DNA from: Candidatus Multivorans sp.
Lineage (GTDB): Bacteria; Acidobacteriota; Thermoanaerobaculia; Multivoradales; Multivoraceae
Direction of reading: 5' to 3'
Assembly: GCA_965224025.1 (NCBI GenBank)
Contig: OZ245033.1
Span: forward strand, 2,304,001 to 2,368,000
DNA: 64,000 nt
Below the pieces are notes generated by a model. That model was not told the origin of the DNA, searched no databases, and saw only the letters and a list, made by a program, of their open reading frames with translations. This document shows, piece after piece, positions 62,966-64,000 of this stretch; the first letter of the stretch is position 1, and each line of letters opens with the position of its first letter. Position numbers and translations under genes: made by a program.

Positions 62966-64000
62966 ATGAACGACCGTAGACGCGTCGTCATCACCGGTGT
63001 CGGTCTGGTGTCACCGCTTGCGGTAGGCACCGAAGCTACCTGGTCCGGCCTGATGGAGGGCCGGAGCGGCGTCGGTGCGTTGACGCGGGTCGACGCGGAC
63101 CTGTATACGACCAAGATCGCCGCCGAGGTAAGCGACTTCGACGCGGAGCGGTTCATGCCTCGCAAGGACATTCGCCGGGTCGATCTCTTCATCCAGTTCG
63201 CCGTCGCGGCGGCGGCGCTGGCCCGCGAGGACTCGGGGCTCGAGATCGATGACGGCAACGCCGATCGTGTCGCCACCGTCGTCGGCTCGGGCATGGGCGG
63301 GCTGCCGCTGATCGAGCACATGCACGACATCTGGCGCGACCGGGGACCGCGCAGGGTGTCGCCGTTCTTCATCCCCGGCCTGATCGCCAACATGGCGTCC
63401 GGCCAGATCTCGATCCGGCATGGCGCCAAGGGGCCGAACACGTGCCCCACGACTGCCTGTACCACCGGCCTCCACGGTGTCGGCGATGCGTTCCGTCAGA
63501 TTCAGCACGGGTACGCCGACGCTGCCTTCGCCGGCGGCACGGAGGCCACGACCTGCGATCTGGCGATGGCCGGCTTCGGGGCGATGAAGGCGCTGTCGGT
63601 CCGCAACGACGAGCCGGCCAGGGCGTCCCGGCCCTGGGACGGCGGCCGCGACGGTTTCGTTCTGGGCGAGGGCTCGGGCGTGCTGATCCTGGAGGAGCGC
63701 GAGGCAGCCCTTGCCCGCGGCGCCCACGCCTATGCCGAGATTCTGGGCTACGGCATGAGCGGCGACGCCTACCACGTGTCGGCGCCAGAGCCCACGGGCG
63801 ACGGCGCGTCGCGCGTCATGCGGGCGACGCTCGATGACGCCGGCATCGCGGCGGAACGGATCGACTACATCAACGCCCACGGCACTTCGACACCGCTGGG
63901 CGACATCGCCGAGGTCCGGGCGATCAAGCGCGTCTTCGGGGATCACGCCTACCGGCTGGCCGTGTCATCCACAAAATCTTCCACCGGCCACCTTCTGGGA
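62966..64000 (+). CDS. fabF: 3-oxoacyl-ACP synthase II, runs off the window
   Basis: MNDRRRVVITGVG, TACTTG, GFVLGEG, NAHGTST, SSTKSSTGHLLG; not in the ORF track because there is no stop in the window. Confidence 0.96.
   Translation, partial: MNDRRRVVITGVGLVSPLAVGTEATWSGLMEGRSGVGALTRVDADLYTTKIAAEVSDFDAERFMPRKDIRRVDLFIQFAVAAAALAREDSGLEIDDGNADRVATVVGSGMGGLPLIEHMHDIWRDRGPRRVSPFFIPGLIANMASGQISIRHGAKGPNTCPTTACTTGLHGVGDAFRQIQHGYADAAFAGGTEATTCDLAMAGFGAMKALSVRNDEPARASRPWDGGRDGFVLGEGSGVLILEEREAALARGAHAYAEILGYGMSGDAYHVSAPEPTGDGASRVMRATLDDAGIAAERIDYINAHGTSTPLGDIAEVRAIKRVFGDHAYRLAVSSTKSSTGHLLG

Overview
High-GC bacterial chromosome segment; gene content and style suggest an acidobacterium, possibly host-associated, but this is inference only. 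The housekeeping backbone comprises coaD, korAB, xerD, clpB/dnaJ-class chaperones, ferredoxin, thiO, a TRAP transporter, recA, murB, polysaccharide transferases and the yceD-rpmF-plsX-fabH-fabD-fabG-acpP-fabF cluster. Three accessory regions interrupt it. (1) About 11.9-23.3 kb is a layered DNA-modification/defence hotspot downstream of a DUF1015 gene. It holds a type II-like REase + N4/N6 MTase pair, a diverged duplicate of the DUF1015 3' end, a collapsed C5-MTase relic, and a coupled module of C5-MTase + MORC-like GHKL ATPase/histidine-kinase fusion + atypical receiver-effector protein next to Vsr. The kinase gene is cleanly split by an ISL3 (24-bp IRs, 8-bp TSD). (2) About 40.4-44.3 kb holds IS110 and integrase-core IS relics, a small cassette of secreted Cys-containing peptides plus a small membrane protein, and a MobA/MobL relaxase relic. 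(3) About 52.3-54.7 kb is a decayed insertion bounded by a 9-bp direct repeat and carrying a 101-bp MITE. At least two families of dispersed hairpin repeats occur (one with compensatory base changes, nested in the other), plus a triplicated xerD 3' end and a HAIR-like operator upstream of dnaJ-clpB. No rRNA, tRNA or cas genes were recognised.
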